The translations under genes were made by a program, and so were the position numbers. 64,000 nt of DNA from Azolla caroliniana (Eukaryota; Plantae; Polypodiophyta): positions 4,216,001 to 4,280,000 of the forward strand of contig JBHGNT010000008.1 of NCBI GenBank assembly GCA_043228905.1, given 5' to 3'. This document shows positions 1 through 12,518 of this stretch, in pieces. A model generated the notes under the pieces. That model worked only from the letters and a program-made list of their open reading frames with translations. It had not been told where the DNA came from and made no database searches. The stretch's first letter is position 1, and each line of letters begins with the position of its first letter.

Positions 1-853
1 GGCATTTCGGCAAAGGAGGAATAATGGCCACCTGAATATATTCCATCTTTTTTACACTCTCAAGTATCATTGTAGACAAGCGTAAGATTTCTTTTTCGAC
101 TAATAATTATTTGCAAAGAAAGGGGGAAAGTATTCTATTGTTTATAAAATACTAGATTCATCAGACATTATATGAGTTAATGGAATATCACTAATTCTTG
201 CATCAATTACCCAAATACCCCGACCTTTTGTCAAAATCAAATCAACTTGATAAAAATAGAACTATCAAGTTTCTACAATGTTCTAAAAAGAATTTAAATC
301 ACATTTACTTCACAGAATCAAATCGTGAGTATGTGATAACTTCCCAGTTTGACAACAAAGTCCTTGTTTTAGAGATACAAAAAGTTTAATTGATTGCTTT
401 TAGAATAATCCCTCCACTTGCGCGTATTATGACAGTCTTTCAATCCCTCCTTTAAAATGATTTGGAACATTGGTTTCACGGCTTGCGTACAATCACAAAA
501 TGTGAATCTGAACTAAATCCTAGGTATATGCAAAAAATGAGGGGTTCTTGTTTAGCCCAAGCCGGAGAATGGAAGGTATAAAACTTGATCTTCTCTAGGT
601 ATATGACATAGTTGCCCACGGTATATGACAGTTGTGTAAGAGTTATAAGAGTTACATATATTCTACACAATGAGCCGATGTCATATTCAAGAGGCTACTT
701 CAGAGTCTTTGCCAAAGTAATGGAAAGAACACTTAGATTTGTTTTCCCTTTGGGCACATAGTAGCCCCATTGAATGTTGATGCATATAAGGATAGAGCTT
801 TCTTTAGAATTGCTGAACAAATCACATCCACCTCTGCCTTATCACTTTTCAAG

Positions 854-1914
854 CTACACAAATATTACTTCAAGTTTTGCACATGGATTTCTCTCAATGT
901 AGGACTTGAGATCTTCATCACTCTGAAACTTCCATGTATACAATGCCTCACGTTGGGTCATCCCCACCGGATAAATCCTATATATCCTCAAAACATCATC
1001 TCCTTGGATGATTTTCGGTCTTTCTGACTTAAAAATTGGGACATAATTCATTGATGAAAATTTTGCTATGATGGCATTGTGGAGTGCTGCTAGAGTCATG
1101 TTGTTGGACCTAAAGAAACAAACCAACCCTTTCATGAGGTACAGAACACGAAAACTAAATAAATAAGCTTGAAATGTTAAATCTAAGGTAAAGAGGATTG
1201 CCTCAGGAAGATTGATTCCATCTCAAACTTCCCCCTCTCACGTATGTAAAGATGATAGGTAGTAATGAGGTTCTCCTTGCATTGACAAGGTCGCTTTTGC
1301 TGCTTCTCTTCTTGTGTTCTCAATTTGGTTCCGAGGTGAATACAAAGTCGGCATGAAGAGTGTACTGATGCCATATCAATCAAAGCTTTAAAAGCTTCAG
1401 AGGGCCCTTCATATTTCCAGCTGTACAATATCCTCCATAGTAACGAGAATGAGAATCTATTCCAAGCTCAAGTTTCATTTAAATTACAAAACTAGAAAGA
1501 TTTGTATTCATAGTAAGCCACCTTAAAGAAGCATTGTAAGACTCCTCATGAGTTGCAAGGTATAGCATCTTTTTTGCAACATCAGCAATCTCATCAACAG
1601 TGTTTATGTATAATATGGAGGAATTAGAGGGTACAAAGTTGTATATGTTTGCTGCACCAATGACCACAGGTATGGAACCTAGGAATTTGAGAATAATAGT
1701 AATGGAAAGATTAGGAAAAACCTTTATATGTGAATAGGAAAACCTTTTATGCATGGAATCTCGGGACCTATCTCACCAAAATTGCCTAATTCTTACCTGC
1801 CACTAAAGACTGCCAGAATTTTTCAGTGACATAGTCATCCTCGTACGAATTCTCAAACGCCAGGCTGAATTTGTAGTTCCGCAAAGCCTCCAATTTGCTC
1901 ACTACATAAGATCA

Positions 1915-1990
<76 letters not shown>

Positions 1991-4900
1991 AGGAAACCAC
2001 ACACATCAGTAAATGTTAGAGCGCATCCGTTGTTTGCCATCCAAACCATTGCTTTTGTGAGACTGACTTACACTCACTACGATGTAAGACAAGGTGTTGG
2101 GGCACAAGTGATGAGAGTAATAAACTATGCACACTTCGCCTCGCTCTTCACACTTTGATATAATGTTCTGCCTTTGATCACATCCGACTATGCTTTCTAC
2201 ACATCTTCGACCAAACCCAATCCTTGCACGAATTTCACTAACAGTCACAATTTGCACTCTCGATTGCCACATTCATTAGTAAAGTTCTTGAACATCGAGA
2301 ATCACTACTCACTTTTACATTTATTATGTGAAAATATTATATTTCTCGACTCATAGCTCATATATGATTATATGTAAGGGAATTATTAATCATGTGAAAA
2401 AATGTTTGTGTAAGAGCACTAGGAAACCCATATTTGTTAAGGGAAATGGATGTTCAATGGGAAGCCATAGTTCCTTCTCTTCGATCATCACAAGCAAGAT
2501 GTTCATAATATTGAGAAAAACACCTTTATAGCCTTGTTTCTAAACTTTATGTAAGGGTATTTAAAATGTGTTTCGTTTTGAAAATATGTCAATGCCAAGG
2601 AATATTCGTATAAATCATTTTTAAAAAAAAGGTTTCTAAAATAACAAACAAATATAAGGGGTTTATAAAAGATGTCTCTACAGTCCTTTAGATAAGGTGA
2701 CAAACAAGTATAAGGGGTTTTTAAAAGATGTCTCTATAGCCCTTTAAATAAGGTGAGCCTCCAAAGGTCCCTTGTATCAATTTCTGGTCCCATATTCCAG
2801 AGAAAAACATACCCTTGTTTCTTTTATTTCCACATTCTAGTCAGTGAGCTTGATGATAGCATCTTATCTGCCTAATCAGCATTTATATATCCTGATTCAC
2901 CACCATATATATGAGAGAAAAGGAATAGAAATACTCACCATGACCCTGTTTATTCTGAAGGCACGTGCCATATGAATCAACAGAAACACCATATTCTCTT
3001 AATTTTGTGATTGCATGGAGCCTGAAGGTGTGTCCCCCACAATTGGAAATGAATGCTGCAGCAAGAGCTTTTTGAGTTTTGTTCTTTGGTGGAGCCATTA
3101 GATCATATTCTGCCCAAGAGAAATATCCCACAGGAACGTCAGATGCAAGACTTGTGGTCATCACCACTGTAAAGCCTTTCCTGGACATAGTTATAAATTA
3201 TGGTAATGTTAAGTGTTTGACTCCACGCAAGCTCTTGAACCAAATAAAATTAAGATAGAAATGAATGTTATACGAGACCCAACAATGATAACATCATACA
3301 ATGATTTCCCATATTGAAGATCAACACATGAAATGAATAGAAGTTGTGTAGCATATTCTAGTTACCTTCGTGCATTTGCTACATCATTATCAGGATAATA
3401 CTGGGAAGACTCCATGGAACGTAACACAAACTCTATACCAGGTTCATTTCTTAACCCAAAAACTGCATCAGCTTTCTTCTCGCCATGTAGGACAGCTGAC
3501 CTTTTGAACTCACAGCCTATTGCACATGTCCCCCACATCTAGAGAAAAACATAAATATGATATTTTCCTTCAATTTTTCTCTAATTGAGGACAAAACACA
3601 AGTGATTATAAACTCCATTAAGAGGCACAGAATACATCTCTCCCATTTTGTTCACCATGTTCACTAGATTCAAGAGAGAATTGCAGGCTATAAAGAAGTG
3701 ACTCTTCCATTTTCAATATAGATTACTTTTTCAGCTGCTAAACTTTAGCTGCCGCTTATTCTGTGTTTGATAGAGCCACAGAATGGAACAATCAAGACAG
3801 GTATTCTATACCAATACAAGACCATACTGTAAGACAACGTCATACAAACACAGTGATATTGACCTACAACTCATATCATCTAGTTATTCCAAAAGCAAAA
3901 TCTTAATGCTACATAGACAGCAAATAATTTTTTAACACTATTTGTCGTTGAATTTGCTACATCACTTTCTATTTAAAATTTCCAAATAGAGGCAGAACAA
4001 CAGGTGTTTAGACAAGGAACTTTTTCAGCTAATGTCGCAAATGGATTCATCTGGGGATGCAGAGAAAATGGCATAAAGATCCCAATCTCAGAGAAAAAAA
4101 AAACTTTCCTCGCATGTATAAGCTACGCACTTATGCTATCTATAAAGGTTTTGCATTGGTTTTCAAATGACTGCATCACTGCAGAGATGTGAATCATCTT
4201 TAGCACTTTTTTCCACTTGACACATGCCATCCATGTACATGTTCTGCTAGGTTTCCATACAGCAGCCAGCCAATCTATATAATAAGCAATGTGGCCAATA
4301 AAGCAAGTAAGGAAAATAGAAATGGGGTTAACAAGTTTCTGAGTTTCTGGAATGGGAAAGGCATTTCTATAAAATATATTTATGGACTACAAAGAATATA
4401 CACCACTACATTTTATTGAATCATTTTACATCAAGGTTATTTAACATAAATTACATATGCCAATAGATCTAAATAGAGATATCAGCAGTCTTCCCATGGA
4501 AAACCTCTATATCATCATCATCATCATTATAAACACTCTAGAAGAAGAGGATGAAGAAGATATATCATCTTAGATATCACAGCACTTAATGATAGAGATC
4601 TAGAGGGCCCTGTAACATGGAGTAGACCTATAGACTACTCATGTAACGTAAACTAAATATCCTGTTCCATGTATGAGGTTCAATGAATCATCAATACAAA
4701 TATAGCACAAAACGATATGGGTGTGAACCTACAGCTGGAAGGCGAGTTAGATGCTGTATCATGGAAATTTATGTGGCTGTGTCTGTGCCACATCAGTAAT
4801 AAATGATTGCTTCTAAACGTTTCTTGCATGGGGAAACAGTGTTTCACATTTTCAGTTTTTACTACTTATCTGCTTTTAATAAAAATGATTCTCCTAGCTC

Positions 4901-7900
4901 ATCTCGAAGCCTTAACATATACTCCTTGGCCCTGGCAATTGATCACCCATACCATCGATTATCACTCCTGTGTAATCATGGTGCAGGCTATGTGCCCATT
5001 AGTGTTCTCGTAATGATCCCCAAAATAAGGTGGTTTTTCAACACACTAGGTACACCAGCTCTGATGCATGCAGCAACAATGTGGACCCCTGCACTCTCTG
5101 CTACGTTAAGAATTTTCATATTGGAATCGAATATTTTCTATATAGGGTAGAGGTATGGGGAGGCGGGATACCCCCTTCTAGATGGAATGACATCAATAAG
5201 GTACAAAAAGTGTTTCTATGATACTAGCTTGTGTCTTGAGGAAACCACCACCATACTCATGACAAACTTTCAGTTCAAATGAGCATCCACATGTAAATGG
5301 CTAAATAAAGGACATGGCCACACGTTACTTATCGATTCAAGTGTGGATGATTGCAGGAAAAACAGAAAATTTCTCTGTTCTAGTTGGGCAAATGACATGC
5401 ACAAATAGTTTAACAGATGGAATGTAACAACATTACTTGAGCTACACTCTGATGATATGACCATGAAAAGCATCGAACTATACGTTATTGATGCAGTCAC
5501 AGGCAAATAAAACAAGGACGCTAAGAATGAACACAACACTCACATAATCCCAACATGTTGGGACAACTAAAGGAGGCAATGGACGTGTTGATTTTTTTGG
5601 CCCATTCCTTTATCCCACATCAGAAATGGGGATTTGGGGAGGTGGTTTGGGAGTTATAAATAAGCTCCTCTTCCTCTTATTTTTTGGTATCCTAATCCCA
5701 ATCTTGTATTCTTTTCTCCCACTTTTAATAGGACAAGTTGCTTTGGAGGATGTAGGCTTAATTGGTCAAACCTCTTTAAATTCTAGTTTTTCTTTTCTTT
5801 TTACTCCATTTAATAGCAGCTTTTTTTGTTATCTTTAGTTAGTTATTTTGCTATAAATAACTAAGAATATTTTTACGCTTCCGCAACAATTGGTATCAGA
5901 GCCAAGTCCTGGCTAAGTATGCTCTGTCTAATCTTCCACATCAGAAAAGAATTACTTTGGTCATTTTGAAACCTTGGGTTATTTGTAGTTGTAATATTGA
6001 ATACTATTTATTGAGTTTATAATGGCATCAAAAGATCAAAAAGCAAAGAATATTGTGTCAAATATTCTACCAGGAACATTGGGCTCTTCGTCATCATGGT
6101 GGAGGTTGTTGGTGTCTAGTTTAAAATTGGTGGTAGAAATGTTTGATGGCACTGGCCATTTCGGCATGTGGCAAGGAGAGGTTTAAGACTCTTTTCCAGC
6201 AAGGTCTTGATATTGCTATTTAAGAAAAGAAACCAGAAGAGGTAGAAGATAAAGATTGGAGTATCATTAATTGGTTGGCATGCGGAACAATTCGATCATG
6301 CCTATCCAAAGAGCAGAAGTATGCTTTCAAGAGTTAGACTTTTGTGTACAAATTGTGGAAGATTGGTGGACAAATTTCTGGAAAAAAAAGTGGTAAGAAT
6401 AAGCTCCTTATGAAGAAGATGTCAAGATTCGAACTCTTGACATGACCAAGTTATAATCGAGTGTTATGTGTTAACCACACATCTAACATATAATCATGTA
6501 TATACTTCCTCATTGTAGGTTTTAGCTAGCATCATGTGCATAATTTCTCCCTTGTATTATTTACACTTGGCACATGCATGCGTACCTACTGCCTACATGC
6601 TCTATTGTATCACATGCGTGCAACAAGTATGCATGCCACTTAGTATAAATAGTTGAGTTCACCTTGAAGGAATTCCAGGTGAACAACGCCAGTCATGGAC
6701 ATATCGATCTAGTATTCTTGTTTCGCCCAATCTTGTCTCCATGATCTTCATATCTATCTTTATGCTCTTGTGTCATTCCGTCATCGCTCCGTCGTAGTCT
6801 CATCATCCGTGCTCTGTCTTAGTCCACGCTTGGTGTGCCCGTGACAGAAGAGGTTGTTCCGATTTTATTACAAACCAAGAACTACTATGAATGAACACAT
6901 TACTATGTTTACTCAATTAGTAGCAGACCTGTTGACTTTAGATGTTAAATTTGAGGATGAGGATCTCACTTTGATGTTATTATCATCTCTTCCCATGAAT
7001 TTGAACATTTGGAAACTACATTACTTCACAGGAAAAAGAATGCATCGTTAGATGTTGTTCGTTCTGCTTTATATAATCATGAATTGAGAAAGCAAGATAA
7101 GATAAAATGTAAATCAACAATATCAGAAGAAGCATTGGTGGCAAGAGGTCGTCAGCAAAGCCATAGTAAGGGGAGAAGAGAAAGGTCCAAATCAAAAGGC
7201 CAAGTCGTTGCCAAAGATGAGTACACTTTCTATCATGAGAAAAGGCAGTAGAAGAAAGATTGTCCGATGTTGACGAAGAAAGGGAAGAGTCCACAAGACC
7301 CAATGTTGCAAAATGTAAAAGTGATGCGAAATTAGATATTTCCTTAGTGGTTATGCCTTCGATGTCATCACATCCAAATGAGTGATATTGGATTCGAGTT
7401 GTACCTATCATATGTGTCCTATTTGAGAATAGTCCTTTGAACTTCAGGAACTCTATGGTGGGGTTGTTTACATGGGTAATGATAATCCATATAAAACAAT
7501 GGGGATAAGGTTTAGATGGTGAGGTTGATCGAACCTATCCCCACTATTTTACATGGACTATCATTACCCATGTAAACAACCCCACCATCGAGTTCTAGAA
7601 GTTCAAAGAACCATTCTCGAATAGGACACATATTATAGGTATAACCCGAACCTATCCCCGTTATTTTACATGGACTATCATTACCCATGTAAACAACCCC
7701 ACCATCGAGTTCTAGAAGTTCAAAGAACCATTCTCGAATAAGACACATATTATAGGTACAACTCGAATGCAATATCCACTCATCTAGATGTGATGACATT
7801 GAAAGCGTGACCACTAAGGAAATATCCGATTCCACATCACTTTTACATTTTGCAACATTGCATCTTGTGGACTCTTCCCTTTCTTCTTTAACTTTGAACA

Positions 7901-9701
7901 GTTTTTCTTCCAGTGCCCTTTCTCATGACAGAAAGTACACTCATCTTTGGCAACAACTTGGCATTTTTATTTGGACCTCCTTCTTCTCCCCTTACTATGG
8001 CTTTGTTGACGACCTCTTACCACCAATGCTTCTTCTAATATCGTTGATTTGGTTTTCATCTTATCCTGCTTTCTCAATTCATGACTATATAAAGCAGAAC
8101 GAACAACATCTAACAATGCATTCTCTTTCTTGTGAAGTAACGTAGTTTCTAAATGTTCAAATTCATCGGGAAGAGATGATAATAACATCAAAGCCAGGTC
8201 CTCATCCTCAAATTTAACATCTAAATTCAACAGGTCTGCTATTAATTGATTAAACATAGTAATATTTTCATTCATAGTAGTTCCCGGTTTATAATCAAAT
8301 AGAAACAACCTCTTCTGCATAAGAGCTTATTCTTACCAAAAAAAAAATTCAAAAATTTGTCCTCCAATGCCTTCCATAATTTGTGCGTAGAAGTCTCATT
8401 CTTGAAAGCATACTTATACTCTCTAGACAGGTACGATCGAATTGTTTTGCATGCCAACGGATGAATGATTCTCCAATCTTTATCTTCTACCTCTCATTGC
8501 CACATGCCGAAATGGCCAGTGCCATCAAATATTTATGCCGCCAACTTCAATTTGGACACCGGGAATCTCGACCATGATGACGAAGAGCCCGATGTCCCCG
8601 GTAGAATATTTAACACAATATTCTTTGCTTTTTGATCTTTTGATGCCATTACAAATTCAATAAATAGTATACAATATTACAACTACAAATAACCCAAGGT
8701 TTCAAAATGACCAAAGTAATTCTTTTCTGATGTGGATGATCAAAAAAAACTACAACCGCAAAGCATACTCGGACATAACCTTGGCTTTGATACCAATTGT
8801 TGCGGAAGCGTCAAAATTTTCTTAGTTATTTATAGCAAAATAACTAAGAATATTTTGACGCTTCTCATTCCCATGCCATTTTCTGCAGGAGGGGTAATCA
8901 TTCTTCTACACACGTGTAACTATGATCTTGAAATTCAGGATGGTGCATGGAGAGGCCTCCCTAAAGCTGACCACATCTGCATATACCTCGATCACAAGAT
9001 CAAAGATGTCAACCATCTGAAATACCCATCTCTCTTTCTCTCAACATCGAGAGTTACTAATCCACTCCACACATACTCTGTGAAAATGTGGAACTTTGGT
9101 TCCATAGATCATATTTGACCTTTAAGGATCATAATAAAATCCATCTATTTCATGGTTCATGTTGGCCTCTGATGGATATTAATGTATATCTTAGTTACCA
9201 TCATCTCTACACCGTAGCATATGTACATACGCACATCTTTATATCTCTATGTTGATTATCTTTCACAACAACAACACTTGATTTATTGAAATCATGGAGA
9301 TGGAAACTTGCCTCATTCTCGCCATAGCCAACAACAATCGGTCGAGCTGAGAAGTTCCGAGAGTAGATGACTTTATCCTTGGCTTCGAGCCATGCCTCAC
9401 AGAAAGATAGCATCGAAGGATGACCACTGATCGGATGGTGTTCATGGTGATGAGAAATAGAATCTTTCTCAAATTTCTCTCTTTGACCGAAAGCCTCCAG
9501 AGCTCTAGAGAGACTAGAGCCATTCTGGAGAGAATTGTCATAGTCTCCGGATCGGGCAAGAAGGTCTGATTGAAAGAAAAAGAGGAATAGGAAGAGTAGG
9601 AGGGAAAACAGAAGAAGAAGCCAGGGCACCCAACTGACAAGGCTTCTCCTTCTTCTTCTTCTTCCTGTTGAAGAAGAAGAAGAAGAAGAAGAAAATCGCA
9701 T
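854..9701 (-). CDS. FUT11: Core alpha-1,3-fucosyltransferase (glycoprotein 3-alpha-L-fucosyltransferase, GT10 family), 7 exons, ~513 aa
   Basis: Exons read by hand: 9312-9701, 3366-3538, 2939-3180, 1797-1901, 1522-1678, 1202-1420, 854-1109 (1542 nt, in frame). N-terminal transmembrane anchor, [24 protein letters not shown]10 motif [24 protein letters not shown], plant C-terminal [14 protein letters not shown]...KLEVIFV. Introns 1 and 6 need GC donors. Co-ortholog of FUT11/FUT12 (FucTA/B). Confidence 0.93.
1918..1989. repeat. (CT)n microsatellite in fucosyltransferase intron 3
   Basis: Pure CT run directly visible, just upstream of the exon 4 acceptor. Confidence 0.97.
5556..7513 (+). mobile_element. 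Ty1/copia 5' half (LTR, PBS, degenerate gag and start of protease), left arm of an inverted pair
   Basis: LTR 5556-5888 (TGTTG...CAACA), PBS TGGTATCAGAGCC at 5891, gag ATG at 6022 with [30 protein letters not shown], degenerate zinc knuckle, protease-like [12 protein letters not shown]; several stops and frameshifts. Confidence 0.9.
6420..6846. mobile_element. Solo LTR (427 bp) inserted in the copia gag
   Basis: Termini TGTCA...TGACA, flanked by 5-bp TSD GAAGA (6415-6419 and 6847-6851). The other arm has the uninterrupted site. Confidence 0.9.
7514..8864 (-). mobile_element. Ty1/copia 5' half of the same family, inverted (right arm), LTR truncated
   Basis: Reverse-complement PBS at ~8783-8795, LTR 3' end from 8798, minus-strand gag/protease ORFs 7967-8320, 8272-8457 and 7512-7835 matching the left arm. 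Confidence 0.9.
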
Positions 9702-9753
9702 TGCTCAGAACAGAGCTTTTTTTCCCCCCTCTTCTTTCTTTCTGTCTTCTTTC

Positions 9754-9930
9754 TTCATTTTAATGTCTTCTTCTTTCACATTATTAATTAAGGGCTCTTA
9801 ATTGTGTGATTAGTTCACTAATCACATTTGATTAATCTTTCTTCATTTTTCATGTCTTCTTCTTTCACATTATTAATTAAGGACTCGTAATTGTGTGATT
9901 AGTTCACTAATCACATTTTATTAACCTTTC
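9754..9930. repeat. Tandem duplication (~88 bp x2) upstream of the fucosyltransferase start, each unit with the palindrome TGTGATTAGT-TC-ACTAATCACA
   Basis: Units start at 9754 and 9842; palindromes at 9805-9826 and 9894-9915. Confidence 0.85.
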
Positions 9931-12436
9931 TCTTTCGCTCTGTGATCTTCGCCAATACTAATCTTCGTCCCCAAGTCCCCTGAGAGATTCGAATAAACTA
10001 AATATTAGAGATAGATAATATATGAAGTAATGAATAAAGTATATAAAATAGGATATAATGACATTAGGTAGAGTGCTTAAGTAAAGTATAAGGGGAAAAA
10101 ATTGGAGTTTATGGATCGCAACGAATCGTTGCGTTCAGATCATCATCATGTTTGGCCTCCCATTCACTTGTTTTGAGATTTACTACTAGATTCATCGTTA
10201 ATCTCAGTAGGTGCTCATTAATCATCAAGTTTCCTACATTTAAGTCGTGATTAACCCACTTTGGAATTTTACTAAATGCTTGATTAGTCGTTTTTCTAGT
10301 AGTTGGCCTACCTTTAGCAATTATAGATTAATCATTACTAAGTTTACTATGTGTAATTGTAATTGACCTACTTACTAGTTGTCATATTACTTCATTCATC
10401 TAACCCTTAGCTTACATTAAGCAATTATCCGTCTATGTTTGAATACATCATTAATCTCAAACTTAGTTTACATTTAGTAATTGTTCACCAACATTTGTTT
10501 TCACCTATCGTATAATACTCAACTTTTTAACCTACATTTTTTGTAATGATTAATCTACAATTTTTACTAAATGTTCGCTTATTTTTTATAGAGCATTAAG
10601 TTTGCCATTCTTTTATGACTCTAAAATTGATTTGGTGATCAATAACGTAACCAATATGAACCTCTTGCAAGGCGGATGTTTTCATATAGTAAGCCAATTA
10701 ATTGCCAACGGGTTTCATGTTGTGTAATTTACTTATGATTGGTATCTCTAAGGGTTCTTAACCTAATTTCAGTTCGGTTGAAATTCTACGTTGACATTGC
10801 ACAAGTTTACATTAATGTGGCATAAAATCATTGGCCACATAAAATGTGGTGTAAAGAATTTATTGCTTTAGTTATGAAGTTCAAAGCTAGGATGCCCGAT
10901 CAATATATAAAGAATGTGTTAAGGGGTCTTTCACCATGTGAATTGTTTGATAAATTTTCATACTTTTTATACGATTCAGATTTTGAATTTGCCCTTGACG
11001 CTTGGTTCATAATGTGAGCCCAAACAAAAGTCAACATTTAATATGTCACAAAATTAGGAGCAAAGTGCCTCCTGGTGGGTGTTCAACCCTGAAAGAATCA
11101 ATGTCCAAGATCAAAAAAAGGGAAAGTGTGCCATTGTACGTCTAATTCAACACAATGCAAGAACAATTATTTGTAAAAACTTCTCGCTATTATTACATTG
11201 TTTGATTATTTTCTAACTTTAATTTTGATGTTGGCCTTTTGCCACTAGAACCTACATTGCAAAGTTAATGCGAAAGTGACATTTGAAGATTAAATTTAAG
11301 TGTGCTCTTTATTATGGAAATAAAGTAGGCGATATGGGCGTTCCACCTATGTGGTGGAGTCAAATGGACATATAGGAACAATAAAACCATTATTTGAAGT
11401 GTTGAAACACCAATAGTGATGGTGGTAGTGGATGACGAAAGGGACAAACATCAATGTTACAATTACAAGTTGGTGGGCATACTGTAGCAAGATTTACTCA
11501 TATTTATGTACACTACGATAATGGATTGAATACTTTTGAATAGTCTAGTTATATGCAATATAACGATTGGCATAAATAAAAGAGGAAGTTATTCGAGAGT
11601 CAAATTCACGATTGAAAGAGAGAGATTATCATAATGATGTTGATACATTTGACAATGCCATCTATCTAGTAAAGTAGAGCATTTGTTGATATTTGAGCCT
11701 ATGTCATGGGTCATAACAAGGGCATTGCATGTGATAAATGCATTAGCGCTACTATGTAGACACCTTTTATTCTAAGAGATGAAACAAGGTAATAGGCCTC
11801 AACTAAATCAAACATATAATTGTAAGAGCTCAACATTCACGAATGATGTACATCAAAATACAAAAAAATAAGTAGATGTAATGGTGTTAAAATAGATAGA
11901 AGTGTGATCATGATGAAGAAATAAAAAAGGATTAGAAAGGGCCACTCACCTTCATATATACCAATATCTTTCGTGGTGCTAAAGACATGGCTTGCCACTT
12001 ACTAGGTACAACCCTCGTATACACGCACACACACAAAATAGAATAGATATTTTATCGTCCATGATGAGGCCAAATTCACCCTATGGGACCAAATCAACAT
12101 CATCTTGTATGTGACTCCTTCCCACAAAGAGGGGTTACTACTCTATCGTAAAAACTCTGGATTAGAAAATAATGCACATACAGTATGTGCTCACCCTTCT
12201 AAATGGAAATTTGAGTATGACACTCACATTATCATGTTCATCTAACAAGTCACCATATTTCTCATGAATTGCCTTATATGTTGAACATGCGATAAGTAAG
12301 TGATATTCATACTCCACTAGGTTTTCATTGCTAATCTTCATATTTGGGCGATGATGCCATGAGGCTATCTCAACACCTAACTTGTGTGTGTGAGTTCGAA
12401 GCATTGTTAAGGCTCTTGGAGAGCCAAGGCTCATGG

Positions 12437-12440
<4 letters not shown>

Positions 12441-12486
<46 letters not shown>

Positions 12487-12518
12487 TGTGTGTGTGTGTG
12501 TGTGTGAGTGAGTGTGTG
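12441..12518. repeat. Compound (AG)n(TG)n microsatellite
   Basis: Directly visible. Confidence 0.95.

Noticed and set aside
4480-5550. Possible transposase or gene fragment in fucosyltransferase intron 1
   Set aside because: Coding-like composition but no motif I could recognise in any frame.
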